A stretch of 64,000 bases of DNA, from positions 1 to 64,000 of the forward strand of contig CAVVHE010000009.1 of NCBI GenBank assembly GCA_963748015.1, read 5' to 3'. Position 1 is the stretch's first letter. The number at the start of each line of letters is the position of its first letter. Position numbers and translations under genes: made by a program. The notes under the pieces are model-generated. The model was not told where the DNA came from and searched no databases. It worked only from the letters and a program-made list of their open reading frames with translations. Source of the DNA: Terriglobia bacterium. GTDB taxonomy: Bacteria > Acidobacteriota > Polarisedimenticolia > Polarisedimenticolales > JAIQFR01. Shown piece after piece: positions 31,968 to 41,153 of the stretch.

Positions 31968-33494
31968 ATGAGCACGAGAAGACCAATCCGCCGCTGCGTG
32001 CAGATCGACGACCATGACGTGTCGCCCGAGATTCTCGTCGGCGTCGCGCTGCGCGGCGACGGTGTCGAGCTTTCGCCTCGCCCCGCATGGCGGAGCCGGA
32101 TACGGCGGTCGCGATCGGCCCTTGAACGAGCAGTGCGCGCCGGCGAGCCCGTCTATGGCGTGTCGACCGGCGTCGGAAACACCTCGTCGCAACCGGTCGG
32201 CCCCCAGCGGCAGATCTCGTATGCCCGCTCCATCATGGAGCAGCACGGCTGCGGTGTCGGAGAGCCGCTCTCGGAGTTCGAAGGCCGCGCCGTCGTGTTC
32301 GCGCGCCTCGTGTCCTTGTCCAAGGGTTATTCCGCGGTCAGGCTGTCGTTGCTCGAGGCGATGCGCGACCTGCTGAACCACGGCGTCGTTCCCGCAATCC
32401 CGCGCCTAGGCTCCGTCGGAGCCTCGGGAGACCTCACGCCCCTGTCGTACGTGGCCGCCGTCATGGCCGGCGAGCGCGAGGCATGGCACCACGGGAAGAT
32501 CGTTCCCGCGAGGAAGGCGCTGCGCGCGGCAGGGCTCGCCGCGTTCACGTTCGCGCCGAAGGAGACCCTGGCGGTCATGAACGGTACCTCCGTCATGACG
32601 GCCCTCGGTATCCTCGCGGTCGAGCGGCTCGAGCGGATCGTGGCGACTGCCGAGCGCGCCTCGGCCCTCGCGGCCGAGGTGCTGTTCGGGCGGTCCCAGG
32701 CATTCCATCCGCTCGTGCACGAGGTCAAGCCCCACCCGGGACAGCTCGCGAGCGCCAGGAACATCCGCTCCGCGCTTCGCGGCAGCAAGCTCCTCGACCC
32801 GCTCGACATCGAGGGAAGGCCCGTCCAGGACCGGTACTCGATCCGCTGCAGCCCGCAGGTGCTCGGCGCGGTGCGGGACGCCCTGACGTGGACGCGACAG
32901 GTGCTCGGCGTCGAGCTGAACAGCGTCAACGACAACCCCCTCGTCGACCCCGACGACGGCAGCGTCCTGTTCGGCGGGAACTTTTACGGCGGACACGTCG
33001 CCCAGGCGATGGACCTGGTCAAGATCGTGGCCGCGTCCACGGCGGATCTGGCGGACCGGCAGTTCGCGCTGCTCGTGGAGAGTCCCCACAACGCGGGGTT
33101 GCCCGAGACGTTGGTCCCGTACCCCGGCTGCGGCGTCAAGGGACTGCAGATCACCTGCAGTGCCCTCACGGCTCTGGCGATCCAGCGGTCGGCCCCTGAC
33201 AGCACGCTCTCCCGTTCGACCGAGTCCGCCAACCAGGACAAGGTGAGCATGGGCCTCAACGCCGCGCTGAACGCCGGTGAGGAGGTGCAGCTCGTTTCGC
33301 GGGTGCTGGCCGCCGAGTTGATCGCGCTGTCCAACGCGGCGCGGTTGCGCGACGAGTCGCGCCTGTCGCGCGAGGGGCGCAGGCTGTTGCGAAACGTGCG
33401 TGCCCTGTCCCCCGTGCTGGACGCGGACCGGCGTCTGGACCAGGACCTCGCGCGGCTCGCCGCGTGGATCGAGAGCGGCGCCGTTCCGCGATGA
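31968..33494 (+). CDS. MIO-dependent aromatic amino acid ammonia-lyase (HAL/PAL/TAL family)
   Basis: VYGVSTGVG, MIO motif GSVGASGDL, QDRYSIRC, SVNDNP, NQDKVSMG. Confidence 0.92.
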   Translation: MSTRRPIRRCVQIDDHDVSPEILVGVALRGDGVELSPRPAWRSRIRRSRSALERAVRAGEPVYGVSTGVGNTSSQPVGPQRQISYARSIMEQHGCGVGEPLSEFEGRAVVFARLVSLSKGYSAVRLSLLEAMRDLLNHGVVPAIPRLGSVGASGDLTPLSYVAAVMAGEREAWHHGKIVPARKALRAAGLAAFTFAPKETLAVMNGTSVMTALGILAVERLERIVATAERASALAAEVLFGRSQAFHPLVHEVKPHPGQLASARNIRSALRGSKLLDPLDIEGRPVQDRYSIRCSPQVLGAVRDALTWTRQVLGVELNSVNDNPLVDPDDGSVLFGGNFYGGHVAQAMDLVKIVAASTADLADRQFALLVESPHNAGLPETLVPYPGCGVKGLQITCSALTALAIQRSAPDSTLSRSTESANQDKVSMGLNAALNAGEEVQLVSRVLAAELIALSNAARLRDESRLSREGRRLLRNVRALSPVLDADRRLDQDLARLAAWIESGAVPR

Positions 33495-34831
33495 CCGACC
33501 CGCTTCGGTCTCCGCTCGCCGCCACGTTCTCCGGGGACCGGTCTCGGACGTTTCTCGAAGAGAACGGAGAGCTCTGGACCGTCGGGAGGCTGCTGGCCCT
33601 CGCCGCCGACATCGATCGCGCAATCCGGCGCGGTCCTCTCGACGAGATCGCGATCCGCTCGCAGTCGTCGGCGTTCGTCGTCGCTTCGCTCATCGCGGCG
33701 TGGAGGAACGGTCTGGCGCCGCTGCTCGTCGATCCCGCCTTGAGAGCCCAGGCGGCCGGCCTCGACGCCTCGAGAGGGCGGGCGGAGTTCCTCGCCCCGG
33801 ACGGCGAGCCGGGGTCGGGCGCTGCGATCCAGGTGAGGGAGGAAGGCTCCGCACCGCTCGATCCCGTGTTGCCGAAAGGGGATTCGCCTGAGGTGGCTTT
33901 CCTGACCTCGGGTTCCACGGGGGAACCCAAGCGCGCCATCAAGCGAGCCGACCAACTCGCGCGGGAATTCGAGGTCGAGCCGGGCTGGCTCCAAGTCCCC
34001 CGGCCGTGCACGGTGCTCTGCCTCGTTCCACCGTTTCACATCCTGGGGTACATCTACGGCTTCTACCTGCCCGCCGCCACCGGTGGCCGCACGACGTTCC
34101 TGCGCGGCGCGACACCACAAGATTGGGTGGAGCGGATCCGCGCTCTGAGTCCCGACCTCGTCGTGGGAGTGCCTTCCCACTATCGACTGATCGCCGGCAT
34201 CGTGCGGGAGTCCCTGCCGGCCGCAACGTTCCTGAGCTCGGGCGCGCTGCTGCCGGCCGACGTCGGAGAGCGATTCGCGAGCGTTGCCGGCCGCAGGATC
34301 CGGCAGGTCTTCGGGTCGACCGAGACCGGCGGAATCGCTACACGCGACGACGATGGGGCCTGGACTCCGCTTCCCGGCCTGGAGTGGAAGACGGAGCCCG
34401 GCGACGACCGGCTCGTCATCCGGTCGCCTTGGCAAGAGCGGCCCGGCTCTTGGCACCGAGCCGACGACCTCGCGGAGCCTGCGGGAGAGGGGTTCCGGCT
34501 CCTCGGGCGCGCCGATTCCATAGTCAAGGTGGGAGGCCGGCGGTTCTCGACCAGCGAGATCGTGCAGGCCGCCCTGGAACACCCGGCCGTGGAACAGGCC
34601 CACACCGTCACCTACGGCCGCTACGGCGAGACGGCCGTAGCGCTCTTCGTGACCGTGGCGAAGGGAACGGAGGAGGAGGAGGCGGACCTGAGAGCCCACC
34701 TCGCCGGGCGGCTCGCCCCGTTCAAGGTGCCGAGAACGATCCGGGTGCTCGATGCGATTCCGACCCTGGGAAGTGGCAAGGTCGATGCCGAAGCGCTGCG
34801 CTCTCTAGTCGCCGCCCCGGACGCTCCTTAG
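33491..34831 (+). CDS. AMP-dependent acyl-CoA/acyl-ACP ligase
   Basis: LTSGSTGEPK, FGSTETGG, GRADSIVKVGG, FKVPR, SGKVD. Confidence 0.88.
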   Translation: MTDPLRSPLAATFSGDRSRTFLEENGELWTVGRLLALAADIDRAIRRGPLDEIAIRSQSSAFVVASLIAAWRNGLAPLLVDPALRAQAAGLDASRGRAEFLAPDGEPGSGAAIQVREEGSAPLDPVLPKGDSPEVAFLTSGSTGEPKRAIKRADQLAREFEVEPGWLQVPRPCTVLCLVPPFHILGYIYGFYLPAATGGRTTFLRGATPQDWVERIRALSPDLVVGVPSHYRLIAGIVRESLPAATFLSSGALLPADVGERFASVAGRRIRQVFGSTETGGIATRDDDGAWTPLPGLEWKTEPGDDRLVIRSPWQERPGSWHRADDLAEPAGEGFRLLGRADSIVKVGGRRFSTSEIVQAALEHPAVEQAHTVTYGRYGETAVALFVTVAKGTEEEEADLRAHLAGRLAPFKVPRTIRVLDAIPTLGSGKVDAEALRSLVAAPDAP

Positions 34832-34853
34832 CGCGTCTACGGATTCCGGTGCT

Positions 34854-36683
34854 TCACGCGACATGCGGCGCGTCCCGGACCGGGATACCCGACGTCTCGT
34901 CTTCCTCGGTCTCGTCGAGCGGGACCGGCCGGTTGCCGGCGTAGACCGTGTGGCGCCCCCTCGTGCGGTACCACTCCGTCGTCGTCGCGGTCCGGTTCGT
35001 GGCCTCGAGGATCCACCGCCAGCCGATGCCGGTGTTGTACGCGCAGAAAGAGATCTCTCCCCGCTCGGTGCCGTACGGAACCATGCACATCTCGGTGCGC
35101 TGAAAATCGTAGTTGAACACGTCCTGGAACGACATGCCGCCGAGCAGGATCACGCGCCATTCGTAGCGGTCCGCTTCCGCGATCCCCAGCGACATCCGGT
35201 TGTACCCGTCCACGGACCTCAGCAATTCGAGGACGCCCAGGTCCTTCGGAAACTCGCTCAGCTTGAGGTTCCTCAGCAGCGCGAGGATCGTCTGGAACAG
35301 CGTGAGGCCCCGACCCCGGCCCGAATCGGTGATCACCCGGAGATCCCGGAGCAGGCGGTCGGTGTCCACGAGCTGGGTGGCGGGGAGCGCCTGCTTCGTC
35401 CGCGCGTTGACGACGAGGATCGTGGCCACGCCGCAGTCGGGGTGCGTCCCGCAGCTCAGCGAGCCCCACTCCGCTCGCGGCCCCGACAGGAGATCCTTCA
35501 GGTCGGTGAAGGGTCCCCCGGCGGAGAGCGGGTACCAGTCTCTCATCGGCTCCGTGATCCCGGCCTGGTCCTTCACGTCCGACGCGAGCTGCGCGAGAGT
35601 GTATCGCCGGCGCGCGCGCGTATCCTCGTCCACCTCCTCGTCCCGTCCCGCGAACGAAACGGGCTGGAAGACGATCGCATTGATCTTGTCGATGTTGTCG
35701 ATGGCGAAGCGGATGATCGGGCCCACCTGCCCGTGGTTGACCGTGTTGACGACGGTGGCCACGAGGGTGACGTCCACGCCCGCCGCGTGCAGGTTCTCGA
35801 TGGCGCGGCGCTTGACGTCGAATAGGTTGGCCACGTGGCGATGGCCGTTCGCCTCGTTCCCGACGCCGTCGAACTGCAGGTAGACGAACCTCAGCCCGGC
35901 GCGGGCCGCTTCCCGGGCGAATTCGGGATCCTGGGCGAAGCGAATCCCGTTGGTCGCCGCCTGGACGGCGATGTACCCCAGCTCCCGCGCGTAGGCCACC
36001 GCCCGGAGGAAGAGCGGGGAAAGAGTCGGTTCGCCGCCCGAGAACTGGACCGACATCTGCCGTCGCGGCTTGACCTCGTTCGCGTGGTCCAGGATCTCCT
36101 TGACCGTCCGCCAGTCCAGCTCGCGTACGTAGCCGACCTGGTTGGCGTCCGCGAAGCAGGGGTTGCACATCATGTTGCAGCGGTTGGTGAGATCCACGGT
36201 GAGCACGGAGCCCCGCCCGTAGCGGATCGCGCTCGAGCCGTGGGCGTGCAGCGCGTCGGGGGCCATACGGAAGTCGCGGCCCGGGTCGAGGGATTCGATG
36301 CGGCGCGTGAACGCAGGGTCGGTGGAAAGAACGTCCTCTATGCGACCGTGGGCGGGACAGCTCTTCACCATCCAGACCTTGCCGTCGCGCTCGACGATGT
36401 CGGCGTCGATCTCCGCGAAATGGCCCGCCGCCAGCTCCTCCGGGCTCAGCTCTCCCGCGAGCACCCTTTCGCGCACCTCCCTCACGCAGGCAGGGCAGAG
36501 CGAGCGCGTGCGGCGGGGGAAACCCAGCGAGGGGTGGGTTCGCTCGGAGCCCTTCAGCAAGGGTGCCGGCGCCCAATCCGGCTGGAACGTCTTCGGACCG
36601 AAGCGTCGATGAACACTCTGAAAAGCTATCCAGAGCGCGTTGGAGGCCGCGACGACCGCCCGCCCGGCCAGCCTACGGGGCAT
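34854..36683 (-). CDS. radical SAM enzyme of the MJ0619/Tes (tetraether lipid synthase) family
   Basis: N-terminal CPAC..CPAHG site, CNMMCNPC SAM motif, QFSGGEPT, ATNGIRFA, YLQFDG, FQPVSFAGR, CGTHPDCG, MSFQD..RTEMC..FCAYN. Confidence 0.82.
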   Translation of the reverse strand: MPRRLAGRAVVAASNALWIAFQSVHRRFGPKTFQPDWAPAPLLKGSERTHPSLGFPRRTRSLCPACVREVRERVLAGELSPEELAAGHFAEIDADIVERDGKVWMVKSCPAHGRIEDVLSTDPAFTRRIESLDPGRDFRMAPDALHAHGSSAIRYGRGSVLTVDLTNRCNMMCNPCFADANQVGYVRELDWRTVKEILDHANEVKPRRQMSVQFSGGEPTLSPLFLRAVAYARELGYIAVQAATNGIRFAQDPEFAREAARAGLRFVYLQFDGVGNEANGHRHVANLFDVKRRAIENLHAAGVDVTLVATVVNTVNHGQVGPIIRFAIDNIDKINAIVFQPVSFAGRDEEVDEDTRARRRYTLAQLASDVKDQAGITEPMRDWYPLSAGGPFTDLKDLLSGPRAEWGSLSCGTHPDCGVATILVVNARTKQALPATQLVDTDRLLRDLRVITDSGRGRGLTLFQTILALLRNLKLSEFPKDLGVLELLRSVDGYNRMSLGIAEADRYEWRVILLGGMSFQDVFNYDFQRTEMCMVPYGTERGEISFCAYNTGIGWRWILEATNRTATTTEWYRTRGRHTVYAGNRPVPLDETEEDETSGIPVRDAPHVA

Positions 36684-36883
36684 CAATCTCTCCTCGGTTT
36701 CCCGCGGACCGGAAGCGTCCTCCCCGGCCGCCGACGCTCCAATCCAGCCCGCGTCATTCGTCGAAGGCGGGTATCTTACTTCCACCGACCGCGCACGTTC
36801 CAGCGGATTTCGCGCGGGGAGGAGCCGCAGCCCCGCCGGAGGATGGTCGTTCCGCGTGTGTTAAGATCCGCCGAAGAAACCCC

Positions 36884-38197
36884 ATGCGCATCGAACTTGT
36901 GTGTCCGGCGTCGGAGGATTCGGCCCACCTGAGGAGCCTGGCGGTCGCCACGCTGGCCGGGCTCACGCCCGATGACGTCGAGCTGACGGTGCTGGACGAC
37001 ATCGTCCGAAAGATCGATCCCGACAGAGACATCGACGGCGGTGCCGACCTCGCTGCGATCACGGTCTCGACGAAAACGGCGTCGCGGGCCTACGGGCTGG
37101 CGGCGGCTTACCGGCAGCACGGCGTGAAGGTGGTCATGGGTGGGATTCACCCCACGGCAATGCCGGAGGAGGCGCTTCAGCACTGTGACGTCGTGGTGAT
37201 CGGCGAGGCCGAGGGGCTCTGGGAGAGGGTGGTGGCCGACGCACGCCGGGGGACCCTGGAGCGGGTCTACCGGCATACGACCTGGCCGGATTTCCGGACC
37301 GGTCCCTGGCCGAAGCGGTCGGTTTTCCCCTCGCAGGGGTACGCGCCAATCCACTCCGTGCAGGCGTCGCGAGGGTGTCCCTTCGCCTGCGAGTTCTGCT
37401 CGGTGACCCCTTTCTTGGGGCGAACTCCGCGCCTGCGTGATTCCGTGGATGTCGCACGGGAGGTCGCGTCGCTCGGGCGCGGGTGGGTCATGTTCGCGGA
37501 CGACAACATCCTGGGACACGGCGAGCGTTCCCGCTCGCTCTTTCGCGAGCTCGACCGGGTGAAGAGGAAGTGGGTCGGGCAAGCCTCGCTCCACGGGATG
37601 CAGGACCGGGAAACCCTGCGCCTCATGGCCGCATCGGGCTGCCAGGCCGTCTTCATCGGCTTCGAGAGTATGAGCCGCGCGACCCTCGTCGCCTGCGGCA
37701 AGCACCAGAACGAGCCGCGGGAGTACCTGGATACGGTGCGTCGTCTCCACGACCACGGGATCGCCGTGTGGGCGGCGTTCGTGTTCGGGTTCGACGAAGA
37801 CACGCCGGACGTCTTCGAGACCACCGTGGAGTTCGCACGCAAGGCAGGGGTGATCATGGCGTCCTTCGGGATCCTGACGCCCTACCCCGGCACGCGGCTC
37901 TTTGCGCGGCTCAAGGAGGAGGGACGCCTGTTCGAGGAGCGCTGGTGGCTGCACGAGCGACGCGACGGCTTTCCCTTCTTTCGTCCGAAGGGCATGTCCA
38001 CGGAGCAGCTCTTCACGGGGTGGCAGCAGGCGTGGAAATCGTTCTACGGCGGACCGTCGATCATCGATCGGTTCCGGCAGGCTCCACGCACCTCGTTGTT
38101 TTCGCTGGCCGCGTTTCTTCCGCTCAACCTGTACCAGCGGCGTCTGGCCCGCGAGAAGGTCATCGGCGGGAACAGGTTCTTTGCGCGGGATCGTTAG
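36884..38197 (+). CDS. cobalamin-dependent radical SAM protein
   Basis: B12-binding N-domain (VMGGIHPT, GEAE), SRGCPFACEFC, FADDNI, FIGFES, LTPYPGT. Confidence 0.9.
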   Translation: MRIELVCPASEDSAHLRSLAVATLAGLTPDDVELTVLDDIVRKIDPDRDIDGGADLAAITVSTKTASRAYGLAAAYRQHGVKVVMGGIHPTAMPEEALQHCDVVVIGEAEGLWERVVADARRGTLERVYRHTTWPDFRTGPWPKRSVFPSQGYAPIHSVQASRGCPFACEFCSVTPFLGRTPRLRDSVDVAREVASLGRGWVMFADDNILGHGERSRSLFRELDRVKRKWVGQASLHGMQDRETLRLMAASGCQAVFIGFESMSRATLVACGKHQNEPREYLDTVRRLHDHGIAVWAAFVFGFDEDTPDVFETTVEFARKAGVIMASFGILTPYPGTRLFARLKEEGRLFEERWWLHERRDGFPFFRPKGMSTEQLFTGWQQAWKSFYGGPSIIDRFRQAPRTSLFSLAAFLPLNLYQRRLAREKVIGGNRFFARDR

Positions 38198-38281
38198 GCA
38201 GCTTCCGAAGTCCGCGACTTCGAAACGGGACACTGGGCTCCGCAACCTCCGCACTTGCCCGAGGTTACCGAGGATGCTTCG

Positions 38282-39721
38282 GTGAACGTGCTGTTGATCC
38301 GGCCCGATCCCGGCAACGACCGCTTCGGGCTCGGGACCTTTTTCCGTGTCGAGCCGCTCGGACTCGAGTACATCGCGGCGGCCCTCGAGGCATGCGGGGC
38401 GACGCCGCACGTAGTGGACGAGCGTCTTGCCCGAAAGAGCGGCCCGTGGCTGAGGCGGACCTCTCCCGAAATCGTGGGGATCTCCTGCCCGCACGCCCTC
38501 GAGTACGACGGTGTCATCGCCACGGCAAGAAGGGTGCGCCGGCTGGCTCCGGAGGCCTTCATTGTGGTCGGCGGCCACGCGGCCGCGACGTATCCCCAGG
38601 CGCTGGAGGTTCCCGAGATCGACGCGATCTGCGTCGACGACGGGGAGGAGGTCTTCCCCGCCCTCGTCGAAGCGGTGTCCGGCCGGAGGCCGCTCTCGAG
38701 CGTCCCCGCGCTGCGTCTTCGGACGCCCGCCGGATGGATCGACACCGAGCCTCTCGCGGCGCCGACGGCGCTGGACAGGGTCCCTCGTCCCGCGCGCGAG
38801 CGGGTCGCGGCGTTCCGGCGCGGTTACCACTGCCTCCTTTTCAGACCCGTCTGGCTAGTCGAGACGGCTCGGGGGTGCTCTTACCGGTGCAGGTTCTGCT
38901 CGGTGTGGCAGCTGTACGGTCGCACCTATCGGGAGCGCTCGATCGGCAGCGTCGTCGAGGACCTCGCGGCGACCGGCGAGCACGTCTTCATCGTGGACGA
39001 TCTCTTCTGGAACAACCCGGAGCGGAGCCTCGAGCTTGCGCGGGCGCTGCGGAGAAAGGGCGTACGGAAGCGCTGGCTCCTGGTGCAAACGCGCACCGAT
39101 CTCGCGTGCCGACAGCCCGAGCTCCTAGAGGCCTGGCGTCCTCTGGCCCAGGATTTCGACATCTTCTTCGGGCTCGAGTCGGCGGGCGACCAGGGTCTGG
39201 AACAGGTCGACAAAGATGCTTCGATTGCGGACACCCTCGAGGCCGCTCGCATCGCGCGCAGCCTACGCTACGGCGTGACCGGCAACTTCGTCGTCGACCC
39301 CGACTGGGATGCGTCCGACTTCGCGCGGCTGTGGGATTTCGTGGCCGATCACGGCTTTCATCGCGCCGGATACTCGATCCTCACGCCTCTACCCGGCACG
39401 GCGTACTTCCGCGAGCTCGCTTCGCGCCTCGCCGGCCAGCCCTGGTTCAAGTACGACATGCACCACGTGCTGTGGGAGCCACGTCTGGGAACGCGGCGGT
39501 TCTTCGAGCTGTACGCCGAGACGTGGCGCCGGTCGATCCTCAATCTCCAGGGCGAAAAGAGCTGGTGGCAGTGGGCACGGCAGGTGCGCCCCACGCAGAT
39601 CCCCTACTTGACCCGCGCCCTCCTCCGCACCCAGCGCATGATGCGGCCCGAGGCCTATCTGGCCGAGAACGATATCGGCGAGGCGGAGCGGCCGGCCACC
39701 CGGCGCGTTCGCGCGGGCTAG
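38282..39721 (+). CDS. cobalamin-dependent radical SAM methyltransferase, HpnR-like
   Basis: EPLGLE, VVGGHAA, ARGCSYRCRFCSVW, FIVDDLF, FGLES, LTPLPGT, YDMHHVL; family certain, HpnR affinity by eye. Confidence 0.8.
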   Translation: MNVLLIRPDPGNDRFGLGTFFRVEPLGLEYIAAALEACGATPHVVDERLARKSGPWLRRTSPEIVGISCPHALEYDGVIATARRVRRLAPEAFIVVGGHAAATYPQALEVPEIDAICVDDGEEVFPALVEAVSGRRPLSSVPALRLRTPAGWIDTEPLAAPTALDRVPRPARERVAAFRRGYHCLLFRPVWLVETARGCSYRCRFCSVWQLYGRTYRERSIGSVVEDLAATGEHVFIVDDLFWNNPERSLELARALRRKGVRKRWLLVQTRTDLACRQPELLEAWRPLAQDFDIFFGLESAGDQGLEQVDKDASIADTLEAARIARSLRYGVTGNFVVDPDWDASDFARLWDFVADHGFHRAGYSILTPLPGTAYFRELASRLAGQPWFKYDMHHVLWEPRLGTRRFFELYAETWRRSILNLQGEKSWWQWARQVRPTQIPYLTRALLRTQRMMRPEAYLAENDIGEAERPATRRVRAG

Positions 39722-40482
39722 GAACGCGGAAGCGGGACGCACCGGTAGCCCATCCCGGCGAGAGCGGCAAGGATCCGCGGGAGCGCTTCGATCGTCCCGG
39801 GATTGCCTTCGGGGCTGCGATCGTGCCCGTCGTGAAGGAGGAGGATGCTCCCGGGTACGACCTTCTTGCGGAGGCGCCGATCGAGGGTCCCGCGGTCGGT
39901 GGTCTTGCTCCCCGGGAAGCGGACGTCCCAGCTCACGAGCTCGAGTCCGCACCGGGCGAGAACCGGAGAAAGGAAACAGTTCTTCATCCCCACCGGGGCC
40001 CGGAACCACCTGCACGCCTCTCCCGAAGCCGCCTCGACGGCCGCCTGCGACGCCCGGACCTCGCGCAGCAGCCGCTTCGCCGGCAGCGACCAGAAGAGAT
40101 ACGAATGCTCGTAGGAGTGACAGCCCAGCGCATGACCGTCGGCGACGATCCGGCGCACGATCTCCGGGTGGCGCTCGACGTGCTTCCCGATGAGGAAGAA
40201 GGTCGCGCGCACCCCTCGTTCGCGGAGGATCTCGAGGACCCTCGGCGTCACTTCCGGATGGGGACCGTCGTCGAAGGTGAGTGCAACGACCCGGTCCGCG
40301 GTCGGCAGACGCGATCGGTTGGGTCCGAATAGCCTGCTCCGGGGGTGGAGCACGCCGCAGGCGAGAAAGCCGTGATAGATGGCGTAACCCAGGAGCAGGG
40401 CCACGGTGAGCGGCCCGTATCGGAAGAGCAGCGCCAGAAGCGCCACGTGCATCGCGATGGAGACGCGCAGGAATGTCGTCAT
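39718..40482 (-). CDS. polysaccharide deacetylase (NodB-like) with N-terminal TM segments
   Basis: ALTFDDGP, HSYEH, FRAPVG, LLLHD. Confidence 0.9.
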   Translation of the reverse strand: MTTFLRVSIAMHVALLALLFRYGPLTVALLLGYAIYHGFLACGVLHPRSRLFGPNRSRLPTADRVVALTFDDGPHPEVTPRVLEILRERGVRATFFLIGKHVERHPEIVRRIVADGHALGCHSYEHSYLFWSLPAKRLLREVRASQAAVEAASGEACRWFRAPVGMKNCFLSPVLARCGLELVSWDVRFPGSKTTDRGTLDRRLRKKVVPGSILLLHDGHDRSPEGNPGTIEALPRILAALAGMGYRCVPLPRS

Positions 40483-41150
40483 AGCCCGAACCGGCTCGCG
40501 ACGACCCTGACGCAGATACGGGCAGTGTCCCGCCACGGCCGGAAGTGGCTGGTGCTCGACCCTTCTACCCGTCGAAGCCGAACGGGCGTGCTCAGCACCA
40601 GGAACCCGGACCGGGCCGCCTTCACGACGACCTCGCTCTCCAACTCATATCCGCTTCCGGCGAGTCGCACGGCGCGCAGCAGACGCGCATCGTAGAGTCG
40701 AAATCCGCTCTGCGTGCCGACGACGGGAACACCCGCGAAGAACGAGATCGCGCGGTCGGCGAAACGGTTTCCGAAACGGCGGACGGGAATCATCCCGGCT
40801 TGCAGATGCAGGCGTGATCCGATCACGATACCGGCTCCCGACCTCGTCCAGAGAGCGACGAGCTTGGGAATCTCGGCGGGGTCGTGCTGCCCGTCCGCGT
40901 CGAGCGTCACCGCGGCGTCCGCGCCGCAGTCCAGGACGTGTCGGAAGCCCGCGAGCAGCGCCGCGCCCTTGCCTCCGTTCGAATCGAGCCGGAGCACCTT
41001 GGCGCCCGCATCGCCGGCCAGCGCCGCGGTACGGTCCGAGGAGCCGTCGTCGATCACTACGACCTCCTCGAGGACGCGTCGAGTCTCCTCCACCACCTCG
41101 GCCACGGTGCTCGCGGCCTGATAGGCGGGAACGAGCGCCACGATCCTCAC
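40479..41150 (-). CDS. GT2 glycosyltransferase (DPM synthase-like)
   Basis: VPAYQ, IDDGSSD, GKGAAL, DADGQH, TQSGFR. Confidence 0.92.
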   Translation of the reverse strand: MRIVALVPAYQAASTVAEVVEETRRVLEEVVVIDDGSSDRTAALAGDAGAKVLRLDSNGGKGAALLAGFRHVLDCGADAAVTLDADGQHDPAEIPKLVALWTRSGAGIVIGSRLHLQAGMIPVRRFGNRFADRAISFFAGVPVVGTQSGFRLYDARLLRAVRLAGSGYELESEVVVKAARSGFLVLSTPVRLRRVEGSSTSHFRPWRDTARICVRVVASRFGL

Positions 41151-41153
41151 GGG

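Noticed and set aside
34854..39721. RiPP (radical SAM-modified peptide) cluster
   Set aside because: No convincing precursor peptide, RRE/PqqD or peptidase; context and enzyme families point to lipids.
37483..40332. Long alternative-frame and antisense ORFs (also 14751-16964, 46770-49490, 50747-52942, 58330-60462)
   Set aside because: Arg/Gly/Pro-rich shadow ORFs expected in high-GC DNA, overlapping well-supported genes and lacking motifs.
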